Made by a program: the position numbers and the translations under genes | DNA from: Octopus vulgaris | Lineage: Eukaryota | Length of the DNA: 64,000 nucleotides | NCBI GenBank assembly: GCA_951406725.2 | Contig: OX597837.1 | Coordinates: forward strand, 13,206,001 to 13,270,000 | Direction: 5' to 3' | Part shown: positions 51,913-64,000 of the stretch, one piece after another | Numbering within the stretch: the stretch's first letter is position 1 | Layout of the letters: the number at the start of each line of letters is the position of its first letter | The notes under the pieces: model-generated | Told to the model about the DNA's origin: nothing | Seen by the model: the letters and a program-made list of their open reading frames with translations, nothing else | Databases searched by the model: none

Positions 51913-52315
51913 CGTGTGTGTGTATATGTATATATACAGAGTGGAGCTGGTGGTGGACAGAAGGGAACGAAAAGATAGACAGAGAGAGAGATAGAAAGAG
52001 AGAGAGACAGACAGACAGACATAGAGGCAATATTGGATAGAAAGAGAAGTAGAAAAGAAGAAAGCCAGAACGAATGGGAAAAAAAACCGGTAAAAGGGGC
52101 GATCGGCGATGAAAAATAGTGGAGAGAGAGAGAGGAAGAAAGGAAGGAGGGTAGGAAGAGAAGATGAAAGAATAAAAAGTTATGAACGACTGAGAAGAAA
52201 AGAACGAAACACGTAAAAAATACGTGAGATCGGTAGAGACCGATCGAATTGGGAAAATGTGAGAGACAGAGAAAGAATGGACGAAAAGAGAGGAAGGAAG
52301 AAAGAAAGATTTGCA

Positions 52316-52387
52316 GACAGATAGACACATAGATAGATAGATACATACATACATACATAGGTAGATAGATAGATAGATAGATGGATG

Positions 52388-52455
<68 letters not shown>

Positions 52456-52512
52456 TAGATAGATAGATAGATGGATAGATAGAAAGATAGATAGATAGAC
52501 AGATAGATAGAT
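52316..52512. repeat. (GATA)n microsatellite
   Basis: Direct reading. Confidence 0.95.
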
Positions 52513-53444
52513 TAGTCGGTGGAACGTATGTATTACAATATATAGGTGTATAACAGCAAAAAAGAAAATAGGGATTCTCAAGGGCTGTTTAGGTACTCAA
52601 GGGAGAATATATAAACTATTTTGATAATGTTATAATGATGAAGAAAAATCGGTGAAATATAGAGAAGGAAAGACAGAGAGAGAGAAAGAGAGAGAACAAG
52701 TGTGTGAAGGGAACTGAAGAAAAAAGAAAAGTGTGAGAAAAATTTGTGAGGATGAAGGAAAAAAAAAGGAGTGAAAGAAAGAAGTGAATGAAAAAAATGT
52801 TGAATAAGAGAAGGAAAGGGGTAGATGAAGACGTGGGGTAATTATGGAATTATGTAACCGAAAACTTACCGTTTAAACCGTGGGTAAAAACTTGGAAGAA
52901 AAACTGGGCGCAGACGGTAAAAAAATAGGAGCAAGTCCTCTCCTCTCTTTTGATTGTTTTCAAGTCATTCGAAATGATTGTGTGTGTGTGGTGTATATAC
53001 GTGTGCGTACGTATGTAATTATGTGTGTGAATGATTCTATGTGTACGTGTGTGTATGCGTGTATGTCAGTACATAAATGTGTGCGCATATATTTATATGT
53101 GTGTGTGTGTGTATTGTGGGTGTGTACGTGTGTGCGTATGTGTGTGTCAGTGTGTATATACGTGTATATAGTGCTTGTAGGTGGGTGTATATGTGTGTGC
53201 GTGTGTATATTTACTACTTGGCTGCAGTCAGACTTGTTGCTAACAGTGGAAAATTTAGTAAAACTATTTCGTTGCAGTTCCTTCTTCTCTAACTCGCATT
53301 TATTATTATTATTATATTATTATGGTTGTTGTTGTTGTTGTTATTGTTATTGTTATTGGACTGGATGAGTCAAACGGCATCAGGTTATCTACAACACCAA
53401 CAACAAGCAACACCAACAGCTGCTTCGAAAGCAAGTATACAGTG

Positions 53445-53840
53445 CCGGTGGTGGTGGTGGTGGTGGTGGTGGTAAGGCGACGGTGTCGGCGGTTTTTTTG
53501 GGGGGTGGGGCCGACTGTTAGAGATGCTGGTGGTGTTGGTGGTTTGGGTTGTGATTTAAGTGGTGGCAACGACGGTGGTGTCGACTGGCTGTTAGTGGTG
53601 GTGGTGGTGGTGATGGTGGAAGTGGTTGGTGGCGGTGGTGGTGGTGGTTGGTGGTGGTGGTGGTGGTGGTGGTGTTGGCGGTGTGGTTGGTGGTGGTGGT
53701 GGTGGTGGTGGTGTTGGCGGTGACGGATGCAGGAGATAATGGTGTAGTATTTAGTGGTGGTTATGATGTAGTATTTAACTGGTGGTGGTGGAGTGGCAGT
53801 GGATGGATGGTGGTGGTAAGAGTTGGTGGTGGTGGGGGCG
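53445..53840. repeat. GGT-rich low-complexity tract
   Basis: Direct reading. Confidence 0.85.
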
Positions 53841-54504
53841 ACGATTAGACGCAGTCAGTAGTCGTGGTATGTATGGAATGGAAAGAGAGAGAGACAGAGA
53901 CAGAGGGAGAGAAAGAAGAAAGAAAGAAAGAAAATGAATGAATGAAAAGAAGAGATGAGGTTCTTTAGTTAAGGCCGTGATCGTTTTAGTGGTTGTTCAG
54001 CTGCAAGTCAGCTCTGAGTAGACAAATGTATGATCAAAGGCATTCCGGCCGTGACCATCACGCTTTTTTTTTCTTTTTTGGCAGGCATCGCTATTGTTCT
54101 CAGACTACTTTAAGCTTTATTATGTCGTTCTTATTCGAAGACGGTTAAAAGTTGTAGAAACGACAGAGATTTTGGCTGCTATTTCTAGCAGGTTGAGCAA
54201 CAAGCTGTTGAGGCGCTGACGTTGGCGCCTCGTGGTTGTTGTTGTTGCTGTCACGATCGTTGCTGTTATTTAGCCTCGAGTCAACATGTGTGTGTGTGTA
54301 TACATACATACATACATACATATATATGTATATATATATATATCTTATGGCTCTGAAAAGGAGGCGCGGCCAGCAGACGGATCCATCTTTCCGGTTAACA
54401 CCATCTCCTCCGTCTAAGCGTGGATCTTAACTGCACACTGCGACGTGTAAGCGATAATAAATCTTAACTGACTCGACATGTTGCATACACACTCTCCCTC
54501 CCTC

Positions 54505-54981
<477 letters not shown>

Positions 54982-55176
54982 ACTGTTGCTTTCCGCTCTG
55001 TTCGGTCTATAATGTGCAACCGTACATTCAGTGACCACAGTGAAGGTAGACAGACTAGATGGACTTAGTCAGAGTGCAGTGGTTGCTACTCTCCTGCATT
55101 TGTCGGTGGTGCACATCTCACCAGAGTGCTTTGGAACTAGTGAGGTTATTCATATTGCAGTCATTTTAGCGCGTCA

Positions 55177-55249
55177 GCCTCCATAGCTCAGAGGTTAGAG
55201 CACTGGTCTTGTAAACCAGGGGTCGTGAGTTCAATTCTCACTGGGGGCT
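55177..55249 (+). tRNA. tRNA-Thr, anticodon TGT
   Basis: 73-nt cloverleaf: acceptor GCCTCCA/TGGGGGC, D arm GCTC/GAGC, anticodon stem CTGGT/ACCAG with TGT at 55210-55212, T arm GTGAG-TTCAATT-CTCAC. Confidence 0.97.
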
Positions 55250-55257
55250 TTGCGGTA

Positions 55258-55269
55258 CTTTTTTTTTTT
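55258..55269 (+). terminator. RNA polymerase III terminator (T run)
   Basis: Poly-T about 9 nt after the tRNA. Confidence 0.85.
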
Positions 55270-55497
55270 CTTTCGGAAGTGTAGACATAACTTTTTAGTA
55301 ATAAGCTTGCTTCCCAACAACATAGTTCCGGGTTCGGTTCCACAGCGTGGCACCTTGGGCAAGTACCTTCTACTATAGTCCCTGGTCGACCAAAGCTCTG
55401 TGAGTGGGTTTCGTTGACGGAAACTAAAAAAAGCCCGTCGTATATGGATGTGACGGGGGATAGGTTCACTACCGGTGATGGTGTGTTTACGTTCCCT

Positions 55498-56085
55498 TGT
55501 GCCAATACACAATCCAAAAAAGACTTCACCAAAAAAAGGGTAATGGTGTCTGTTTGGTGGTCCAGCGCTGGTGTCATCCACTACAGCTTCATGAGACCTT
55601 GTAAGTCAATTACAGCCAATCAACTGGATGAAATGATGAGTGAATTTGCAATTAAACAACCGAGATTGGTCAAGACAGGCCAATTCTCTTGCAAGACAAT
55701 GCTTGACCACATGTTGCACAAAGAACATTACTCATGTTACAGGAACTGAACTTGGAAGTACTCTGTCATCGACCATATTCACCAGACCTTGCACCAACTG
55801 ACTATCATGTTTTCCAGGCATTAGACAACTTTTTGCAAGTTAAAAACTTGCAAGTTAAAAACTTGCAAGTTAAAAACTTCAAATCTGAAGAAGATGCAAA
55901 AACAGTCTTTCGTGATTTCATCACCTTTTGCTCTCCAGAATTCTTCGCTGCCGGCATAAATAAGCTACCAATAAAATGGTAAAATTTTGTTGATAATTTA
56001 GGTGCATACTTTGATTAACTGCATTGCTTACTGTTGAGATAAAGTAAAACTTTCAGTTCAAAATCAGACATTTCATTCTGATAAA
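55498..56085 (+). mobile_element. mariner transposase remnant, C-terminal half, frameshifted
   Basis: KRVMVSVWWSSAGVIHY, LLQDNA, HRPYSPDLAPTDYHVF, GINKLPIKW..GAYFD*; internal 15-bp triplication ttgcaagttaaaaac. Confidence 0.95.
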
Positions 56086-56918
56086 AATCCGTGTGTGTGT
56101 GTGGTCAGTAAATCATAAATCCGAAAGAGAACCATACTCTAAGTTATAGAATATATAAAGTTAGATATGGTCTGTCTATAGGGTTATCCTGGGTTTCACT
56201 GCATAAAGTGCTTAGTTTTTCAATGTCTCTTCAGACCCAAATGGCCGGTGTCCTATATGTGTGTGTGTGTAAAAATGTATATATGTGTGTGTATGAGAGT
56301 GTGCGTGTGTTAGTGTATAAATGCATGCGTGTATGTGTGTGTAAGTGTGTTTGAATGTGTGAATGTATATGTGTGTGTTTTGTATGTTTAAGTGGCTGAG
56401 TGCTAAGCTTAGTTCTATTTGATGTCTTGTGATGTCGCTGCTAATAAAAGACGAAAAGAATTTCGTTTGTGCTGCTTTGAGTCTGTTGCTTTGCTTCCTG
56501 GCCTCTCGGCGATTTCTACAGACTTGAAGTATTGGTTGTGCTGAGATGTCCGGAGAAGGCGGTAAGATGAGAGCGTAACATTGTCTACATAAGAGGTAGT
56601 CTGTATATCTTACAGGGAAGATTGTGTAGGTAGGTATAGATTAAAAAATGGGTTTATGTCTGTGACGTAACCTGAGGACATCCCGGAGCAGCCCTTGAAT
56701 TTCCCGTCCCCAATCAGCGGGTTCCTAAACCTATAAAGGCAGACCCAATACAGCAGACCCAAAAATGCTGTTTCATAAACCTGTAACCCGGGGAGGACCA
56801 CTCGCTCGACCCCCTACGCTACGTGTTAATATGCAGTTTAATGGCGTAAGCTGAAACCAGGATAGTCTATAAAGCTCAAGTTACGTGTACGTATGATAGC
56901 TGTGGCAAATCAGGAAAG

Positions 56919-57259
56919 TCGAGGGTCTTTGATAAGAGCATCAGTCGAGGGTCTTTCATAAAACCATCAATCGAGGGTCTTTGATAAAACCATCAATCGA
57001 GGGTCTTTGATAAGATCTTCACTCGGGGGTCTTTGATAAAACCATCAATCGAGGGTCTTTCATAAAACCATCAATCGAGGGTCTTTCATAAGACCATCAG
57101 TCGAGGGTTTTTGATAAGACCATCAATCGAGGGTCTTTGATAAGATCTTCACTCGGGGGTCTTTGATAAGATCATCAATCGAGGGTCTTTGATAAAACCA
57201 TCAATCGAGGGTCTTTCATAAAACCATCAATCGAGGGTCTTTCATAAGACCATCAGTCG
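56919..57259. repeat. 26-bp minisatellite, about 13 copies
   Basis: Unit tcgagggtcttt(g/c)ataa(a/g)accatca(a/g). Confidence 0.95.
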
Positions 57260-57674
57260 GCGTTTGAGGGAGGACATTCGGAGAAAGCGACCAGATCTGT
57301 GAAGCGGGAAGAATTGGGTTCTTCACGGTGACAATGCGCCCAGTACCGAGATCTCCTCACTCGTGAGTTTCTTGCCAAAACAAAAACATAGTATGGCTTC
57401 CGCACCCGCCCTGTTCACCAGATTTAGCCCCTGATGACTTCCATGTCTTTCCCAAGATGAAAATGCAGCTCGACGCAGTTGTCGAGATCCAGAGTGGATC
57501 GCAGATGGTCCTCGGATCGCTTACGGTAAACGATGCCAAGAGTGGCAGGAAGCCGAGAGCAACGTATTGTTGCGAGAGGGATTTCGGAGGAGATGATGCT
57601 AAAACTTTGGTAAATGAATTCTTTTTTTTTTATTAAACATGACTAGTCCGAGAGAACTTTTTGATACCCCTCCA
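57259..57674 (+). mobile_element. Second mariner remnant with right TIR
   Basis: RLREDIRRKRPDL..WVLHGDNAP, LPHPPCSPDLAPDDFHVFPKMK; terminus gaactttttgatacccctc. Confidence 0.9.
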
Positions 57675-57709
57675 ATACACACACACACACACACATACAT
57701 ACACATACA

Positions 57710-57766
<57 letters not shown>

Positions 57767-57866
57767 GTATGTATATATATATATATGAGCAAAGTAGCTA
57801 GTTCTAAAATTTCTAATATATATATATGTGTGTGTGTATGTATGTATGTATGTATGTATGTGTATG

Positions 57867-57899
<33 letters not shown>

Positions 57900-58259
57900 A
57901 TGTATATGTGTATATATATATGTATGTTTCCGTCTACTAAATCCTCTCACAAGGTTTTGGTTAGCCCGAGGCTCTAGTAGAAGACACTTGTCCAAGGTGC
58001 CATGCTGTGGGACCGAACCCGGAACCATGTGGTTGAGAAGCAAGTTTCTTACTACACAGCTACGCCTTCTGTTGTTGATAATGACGTCGCCGCCGCCGCC
58101 GTCGTGGTCGTCGTCGTGGTTATTATAAACTGCGAAGTCTTTGGCGAGTTGACAAGTAATTTGCTAACCGAGTCTATTGTGTGATTCCTTGGTTGGTTTT
58201 TTTATTTGTGGAAGTGGATGGCGGAAAATTGAGTTGGTCTATAACTGGATGTGTGTGGT

Positions 58260-58474
58260 GTGTGTGTAATTATGTAAGATTGTAGGTTTTATATCTCAGG
58301 ACAGGGCTGTGTGTGTGCGTCTGTGTGTATGAATTTCTGTTTGCGGTTGTCTGTATAAATGTGTGTGTAGGCGTGTGTGTGTAATTATGTTTGTAAGACT
58401 GTGGGTTTTATATATCTCGGAACAGGAGTTGTATATGTGTATATGTGCGTAGATATACACGTGTGCGTAGATAT

Positions 58475-58514
<40 letters not shown>

Positions 58515-58685
58515 TGTGTACATAAGATTGTAAGTTTATAAGTTCCAGAATAGGAGTGTGTAAAGGGTGTGTGTGTGTGTGTGCGTGCGTGCGTCCATGT
58601 GTATGTGTGTGCGTGGTGTGAGTGTGTATGCTCGCAAATTATGTAATATTGTCGATTTTATATCTGTCAAAACAAAAAGCGTGTG
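58260..58685. repeat. Four ~45-50-bp units separated by (GT)-rich spacers
   Basis: gtaattatgtaagattgt.ggttttatatctc..aacagg at about 58265, 58380, 58510 and 58636. Confidence 0.75.
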
Positions 58686-58925
58686 TGTAGTGTGTGCGTG
58701 CGTGTACATATGCGAAATATAAAGTGTGAGAGAGTACGGATGGGATAGAAATAGGCAAAAACCGAAGCCCACAACTTCATGCACCCATCTTCTCCATGTT
58801 GATTACAAAAATCCACGACCATAGTGCTGCATGACCATTTCAATATGTCTTCAAAATCCAGTTTATTTCTCTGCACTCCCCCCCCCCTTGATTGAAGCGA
58901 TGGCACCAGTGGGGAACGGCAAGGG

Positions 58926-59188
58926 AAGGCCGTCTTACCAGTATTATAGACCCCCGAGCAAACCAATGCACGGAGCCCTATAGTATGTATTTATCGACAG
59001 CAAGCCACAGAATACATAGATCATAATTGGGCCCCTGGACATGCGAGGTCCCAGGCAAACCAATGATCTGGGCCTTATAGTATTTTTATTGACAGCAAGT
59101 CACAGCATACGTAGATTGTAATTGGGCCCCTGGACATGTGAGGTCCCCGAGTAACTGCCCTGTGTTCCCATCCCTAAAGACGGCTCTG
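58926..59188. mobile_element. hAT-type MITE with an internal ~95-bp duplication
   Basis: ggccgtctt / aagacggct ends; 8-bp TSD ggcaaggg / ggcaagga. Confidence 0.8.
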
Positions 59189-59289
59189 GGCAAGGACTTT
59201 TCTGTGGCACTTCATACAGCTACGCGACTGTTGTAATGTTGTCTATGATTTTGATGCTGTTGAGCGAAGTCCGAAACGTGGTCCTTTTG

Positions 59290-59570
59290 CTATTCGTAAG
59301 ACCCGCAGAAGAGAAAGCAGGTCAACCCCCGACACCGAGAGCATCGACGGATGGATGAATGCACATCCAGGCTCAGCGGTTGCGCAGGAAGTCGGGGACA
59401 AGAGACAGGAAGAAAGAGTGAGAGAAAGTTGTGGCGAAAGAGTACAACAGGGGTCGCCACCACCCCCTGTTTTCGCTCAATAAACACACACAACGCCCAG
59501 TCTGGGAATTGAAACCGCGATCCTCCGACCGCGAGTTCGCTGCTCTAACCACTGGGCCATTGCGCCTCCA
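59290..59570 (-). mobile_element. SINE family C variant with a different tail
   Basis: Head and body match family C; the 3' part diverges. Confidence 0.8.
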
Positions 59571-59649
59571 CTTGATGCTGCTGCCGTTGTTATGGCTGTT
59601 TCATGGAGTAAGCTCTCCGGTTTAATTCTTCTGCTATGTATAGCATACC

Positions 59650-59881
59650 TATTTCTTTATTACCCACAAGGGGCTAAACATAGAGGGGACAGACAAGGAC
59701 AGACATAGGTATTAAGTCGATTATATAGACCCTAGTGCGAAACCGGTACTTTATTTATCGACCCCGAACGGATGAAAGGCAAAGTCGACTTCGGCGGAAT
59801 TTGAACTCACAACGTAACGATAGAGAAAATACCGCTAAGCATTTCGCCCGGCGCGCTAACGTTTCTGCCAGCTCACCGCCT
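59650..59881 (-). mobile_element. SINE family B with a ~15-bp TSD
   Basis: tatgtatagcatacc 59635-59649 / tatgcatagtatacc 59885-59899. Confidence 0.9.
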
Positions 59882-60321
59882 TGGTATGCATAGTATACCC
59901 TGGACTACATAGAAGTGTGTGAGTGGATCGAGAAGTTTTAAAACGGCCGGGCAAGCGAGAAGTACAAAGAGGGAGCCCGGCGCCCATCAACCCTCACCAC
60001 TGATATAAAAAGATTCAGCAAAAAGATTCTCTCCTATTGACAGCTTTACTTTATTAAAACCCGTTGTTTTCCTTTGATTATTTGCTCACAGTACGCAAAG
60101 GGTGTGGCCTTGTGAAATAAAGTGTCGTAAACTTGGGCAAGAGTTAGTAAAGTGTTAATAAAGATTTCTAGAACGAAACATTAATGTCAGAAAAACATAG
60201 GATGTAATTAGTTCCGGATGAATGCATTTGCTAATGAAGAAAAAGTGCGTGTAAGTTAATCAACTGGGTGGCGGGGAGGTCATTCAGTTCTGTTTTGCTT
60301 TCACAAAACGTTTCTGTCTTT

Positions 60322-60590
60322 TGTGAAGGCGCGGTGGCTTAGTGTCTAGGGTGTTCCGCTCGCGATCGTAAGATAGCGGTTTCGGTTTCCAGGCCAGCTG
60401 GTGCGTCGCGTTCTTGTGCGTCTTCTGCTCTCGTTTCTTTGGACGTTGCTCCATTTCCCCCTCGACTATAAATGCGTTCTGGCAATAGCTGGGAACTTCA
60501 CTCTGTGACGGACCGGCGTCCCGTTCAGAGGTGAGGGTCGTAATTTCTGTCACTTTTACGGCATGGAAACCGAATAAGAGCGGTCTGAGC
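60322..60590 (+). mobile_element. SINE family D
   Basis: tRNA-like head gtggcttagtg..; V-like domain gacggaccggcgtcccgttcag. Confidence 0.65.
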
Positions 60591-60941
60591 ACTTATTGTG
60601 TACAACATTTTTTTTTTTTTTGCCGTATTGTTATCCATTTCATATTCTTGGCTTGATTGATCCCCTCCGAACTCTACTAAACATACTCCACGCCCTGGAC
60701 AAGCAGTTCTTTGGTGCTTTGCTCAAGGATTTCATCATTCCATTTCGGGATTCTTACTTATTACTATTTCCGCAGAAACCTAACGACCGATGAGATGGCG
60801 CACCTTCTTCGCTTCCCCGATTTTGCTGTTTGTCTGTCTAATTTATACATCTTTACACTGAAATTCTCTATTACTACCTTATAAGTGATTTAACGCTAAT
60901 TACAACCACCTGTCCCATCTTGTGCGTGTGTGTGTGTATTT

Positions 60942-60993
60942 ATTACTGGTGAAGGCCGGTTTCTAACCCTAGAAACCGGCCTTCACCAGTAAT
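60942..60993. repeat. Perfect 24-bp-arm hairpin, 4-nt loop
   Basis: attactggtgaaggccggtttcta-accc-tagaaaccggccttcaccagtaat. Confidence 0.95.
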
Positions 60994-61109
60994 TAATATA
61001 GACTGCTTTACTTCTTAGAGTGTACTTCTTGTCCGGGTTTATGCTTTTCTAAAAAAAAAACGATATATACATACATATATGTTTTGCAAACAACATGTAT
61101 GTATATATG

Positions 61110-61622
61110 TATGTAGGTAGGTAGGTAGGTAGGTAGGTAGGTAGGTAGGCAGGTATGTAGGTAGGTAGGTAGGTAGGTAGATGGATGGATGGATAGATCG
61201 ATCGATAGATAGATAGATAGATAGGTTGGTAGATAGATAGATAGATAGAAAGATAGATAAATAAATAGTTAGGTTGGTAGATAGATAGATAGATAGCTAG
61301 ATAGATAGGTAGGTAGGTAGGTAGATAGGTAGGTAGGTAGGTAGGTAGATAGATAGATAAATAAATAGTTAGGTTGGTAGATAGATAGATAGATAGCTAG
61401 ATAGATAGGTAGGTAGGTAGGATAGATAGATAGGTAGGTAGGTAGGTAGATAGATAGATAGATATATAGGTAGGTAGGTAGGTAGGTAGATAGATAGATA
61501 GGTAGGTAGGTAGGTAGATAGATAGATAGGTAGGTAGGTAGATAGATAGATAGATAGATAGATAGGTAGGTAGGTAGATAGATAGATATATAGGTAGGTA
61601 GGTAGGTAGATAGATGGATGGA
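61110..61622. repeat. (GGTA)n/(GATA)n compound microsatellite with a 100-bp duplication
   Basis: ataaataaatagttaggttgg recurs at about 61257 and 61357. Confidence 0.9.
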
Positions 61623-62355
61623 TATAACGGATTTCCGCGTACTTTCTGTGAACCAAATTGATCAACTTGTGCCGGTGATTGTAGAAGACCCTTGCCCAAA
61701 ATGTGGAACCCTATGAATGAACCCGGAACACGTGGCTAAGAACCGAACCTCTTAACAAATGGTCTCGTTATTTTGTTTATTTCTTAATTTTTCTCTGTTT
61801 GTTTGTTTGCTTTAGTTTTTCGTTGTTGTTGTTGATTTATATTCCTGCTTCTAGCAGTAATTCTGGGAGATGATAACTAAAAGAAATGGACAAAGACCTC
61901 TTTCTCCGAAGAATTTACGTTTACTAGTTTGTGGCAAGAGCTGTGTAACTTATTAGACTAAGAAGGTCTAATAAATGCGAAACGTGTTCTAGAGTTGTCT
62001 CCCGTGTTTAAAGAAACGATTGAAATAGAATTAGTCGTTGAGCTAATGCTATATTTTCCTCATTTTCATAAGCAATTTTAATGAGGTATTTAATCTTCAC
62101 CACATTTGATATGTTCGCTAACGTTGCTTTTGTTACAAATAGTCATATGATTATAAAGTTACACACACATATACACGCGCCTGCGCATAGACACCACGAA
62201 CAACACCAAACCTCACAAACACACTTATACGTACACATATACATGCAAACATACAAATATATATACCTACATCCATACATATATGCATATACGTACATAT
62301 ATACATGTGCGTGTGTGCATGCGTGCGTGTGTGCATGCGTGCGTGCGTGTGTGTG

Positions 62356-62359
<4 letters not shown>

Positions 62360-62393
<34 letters not shown>

Positions 62394-62670
62394 TTCTTGT
62401 ACATATACACAAGCACACACATACATTCAGAGACAGAGGGGAGAGAGAATGGTATGTGTGTGTGCGTATGCATATATATTTATATACATATATATATATG
62501 CATTCTTATACATATACACAAACACACACATACACACATATATATATAGAGAGAGAATGGTGTGTTTGTGTGTATATATATATATATATATATGCATTCT
62601 TATGCATATGCACAAACATATACACACATATATTAGAGGAAGAGAGAGAGAATGGTGTGTGTGTGCGTGT
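62360..62670. repeat. Three tandem compound-microsatellite units of about 100 bp
   Basis: tatatgcattctt..gagagagaatggt repeated three times. Confidence 0.8.
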
Positions 62671-62846
62671 TCATGTGTATGTGTGTGCGTGCGTGTGTGA
62701 GTGAGTGTAAGTCTGTATGCATTTGTTTAAGCGAGGGATATCCTGTGACAATTTTTCTTCTTCTTCTTCTGTAGTAGAACTTCCTGCAGTAAGTAGATGC
62801 ATCTAGAAGGTTCTCTTGAAGTGCATCCTTCCCGCTCTTTGTACGC

Positions 62847-62879
<33 letters not shown>

Positions 62880-63244
62880 GCGCGCGCTTCCATTGCCATC
62901 CTTTACCAATTCCTTTGTCACCAAACCGTTCTTCTACCCCCCGACCCCACCCCGACACTTACTGACATCCACTCACCCCCCACCCCCACCAACTCCAGCT
63001 TCGTAGCTTTGCTAAAAACACGTGTCGTTCTCTGCTACGCTTTCTTTCATAAATTTATATACACCTCCCGTCTATTCATTCCAGTGTGTGTGTGTGTGTG
63101 TACGTGTATTTATACATATATATTTTATATATATATATACACACACACACGCACACATACATGCACACGCGCATTCATGTTTGAGTGTATGTGCAAGTTA
63201 TATGTATACAATATATATATATACACATCATGTAGATTTGTACT

Positions 63245-63283
<39 letters not shown>

Positions 63284-63324
63284 GTGTGCAGGTGCGTTTG
63301 TGCGCATATATATATGCACACACA

Positions 63325-63672
63325 TACAGCTGGAGACGAAAAAGTGGAATAAAGCTGAAAAGGCGATCCGACTGGAGAGAAGCAAAAGGACAACCCAGAG
63401 TTGAGAAACGGGAGGAGGAAGTCATCGTTAGCCTGTGCTCCATAGAAAGCGAAGGGCCTAAGAGAAGACTCGACTATAAAAGCAAGATTCTATTAGTCTA
63501 TTAATGGTAATTGATAACTTGCAAGACCTGGAAGAGGAAGGCCTTCTCTCGGGGAAACTACAATAGAGCAGGGATCCAGCGGGAGAGTGACAGAGAAGAC
63601 AGTCCAGAGTTGAGAAGCAGTGAAGGAAAGTCATCACCAGCCTATGCCCCACAGAAAGTGAAGGGCTTAAGT
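63325..63672 (+). mobile_element. Two adjacent RTE-like LINE 3' remnants
   Basis: Both end gcct.tgc.cca.agaaag.gaagggc.taag (SLCSIESEG), as at 28.55 kb. Confidence 0.65.
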
Positions 63673-63863
63673 GAAGACTCACCCAAAAGAAGGCAGTGTT
63701 GGATTACTTCTCCTTCTAACTTGATAAAGAACGGCTGTCCGAAACATCGATACATTTTCCTTTCCCCCACAGTGCACTGCATTGGCCAGTGTGCAAAATA
63801 ATTAACTTATTGAATTACTTAACTTACAAAATAACGAACTTTAAAGAATAAGTAAAGTTCTTT

Positions 63864-63974
63864 TCATAGATCATCGTCTAATGCAGCCGTTTGCATCATC
63901 TCCCGATGATGTTCCCTGCGGTCATTGAGTGCTTTAAGTTTTTCAGCAATAACATCCTGAACCAGGCAACCCAA
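63864..63974 (-). CDS. Candidate terminal coding exon of a gene entering from the right
   Basis: cactcctAG|LGCLVQDVIAEKLKALNDRREHHREMMQTAALDDDL*; helical, non-repetitive, family not recognised. Confidence 0.3.
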   Translation of the reverse strand: MGCLVQDVIAEKLKALNDRREHHREMMQTAALDDDL

Positions 63975-64000
63975 CTAGGAGTGATTAAGCTTGTATTCAG

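Noticed and set aside
51608-52358. Two ~247-aa hydrophobic ORFs
   Set aside because: Purine/pyrimidine-skewed low-complexity and dinucleotide repeats.
56919-57259. CRISPR array (palindromic 26-bp repeats)
   Set aside because: Units are contiguous with no spacers; eukaryotic context.
58760-58875. Minus-strand peptide ..GEDGCMKLW.., WD40-like
   Set aside because: Single short motif, no convincing splice sites, and the ORF runs from a MITE into microsatellite.

Overview
Eukaryotic, AT-rich, microsatellite-saturated DNA. The SINE families and repeat style suggest a cephalopod (Octopus-like) genome; this is an inference, not a database result. No complete protein-coding gene is recognisable, and nearly all supplied ORFs are microsatellite or SINE artefacts. 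Well-supported content: one intact tRNA-Thr(TGT) gene; dozens of tRNA-derived SINE copies in about four families; decayed R4/Dong-type, Ingi/Vingi-type, RTE-type and Penelope-like retroelements; three mariner remnants; several hAT-type MITEs; one non-autonomous Helitron. A housekeeping-type promoter at about 25.65 kb may drive a minus-strand gene, with weak candidate exons and a CpG-depleted left part of the window. Most interesting observations: (1) recurrent fold-back elements at Penelope-type hammerhead ribozyme motifs; (2) a SINE present as head-less concatemers whose target-site duplications overlap the concatemer junction; (3) a pri-miRNA-like hairpin at 48.05 kb; (4) an inverted duplication bracketing the promoter, next to a STAT/kB-motif minisatellite. 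Coordinates were read by eye and boundaries of decayed repeats are approximate.
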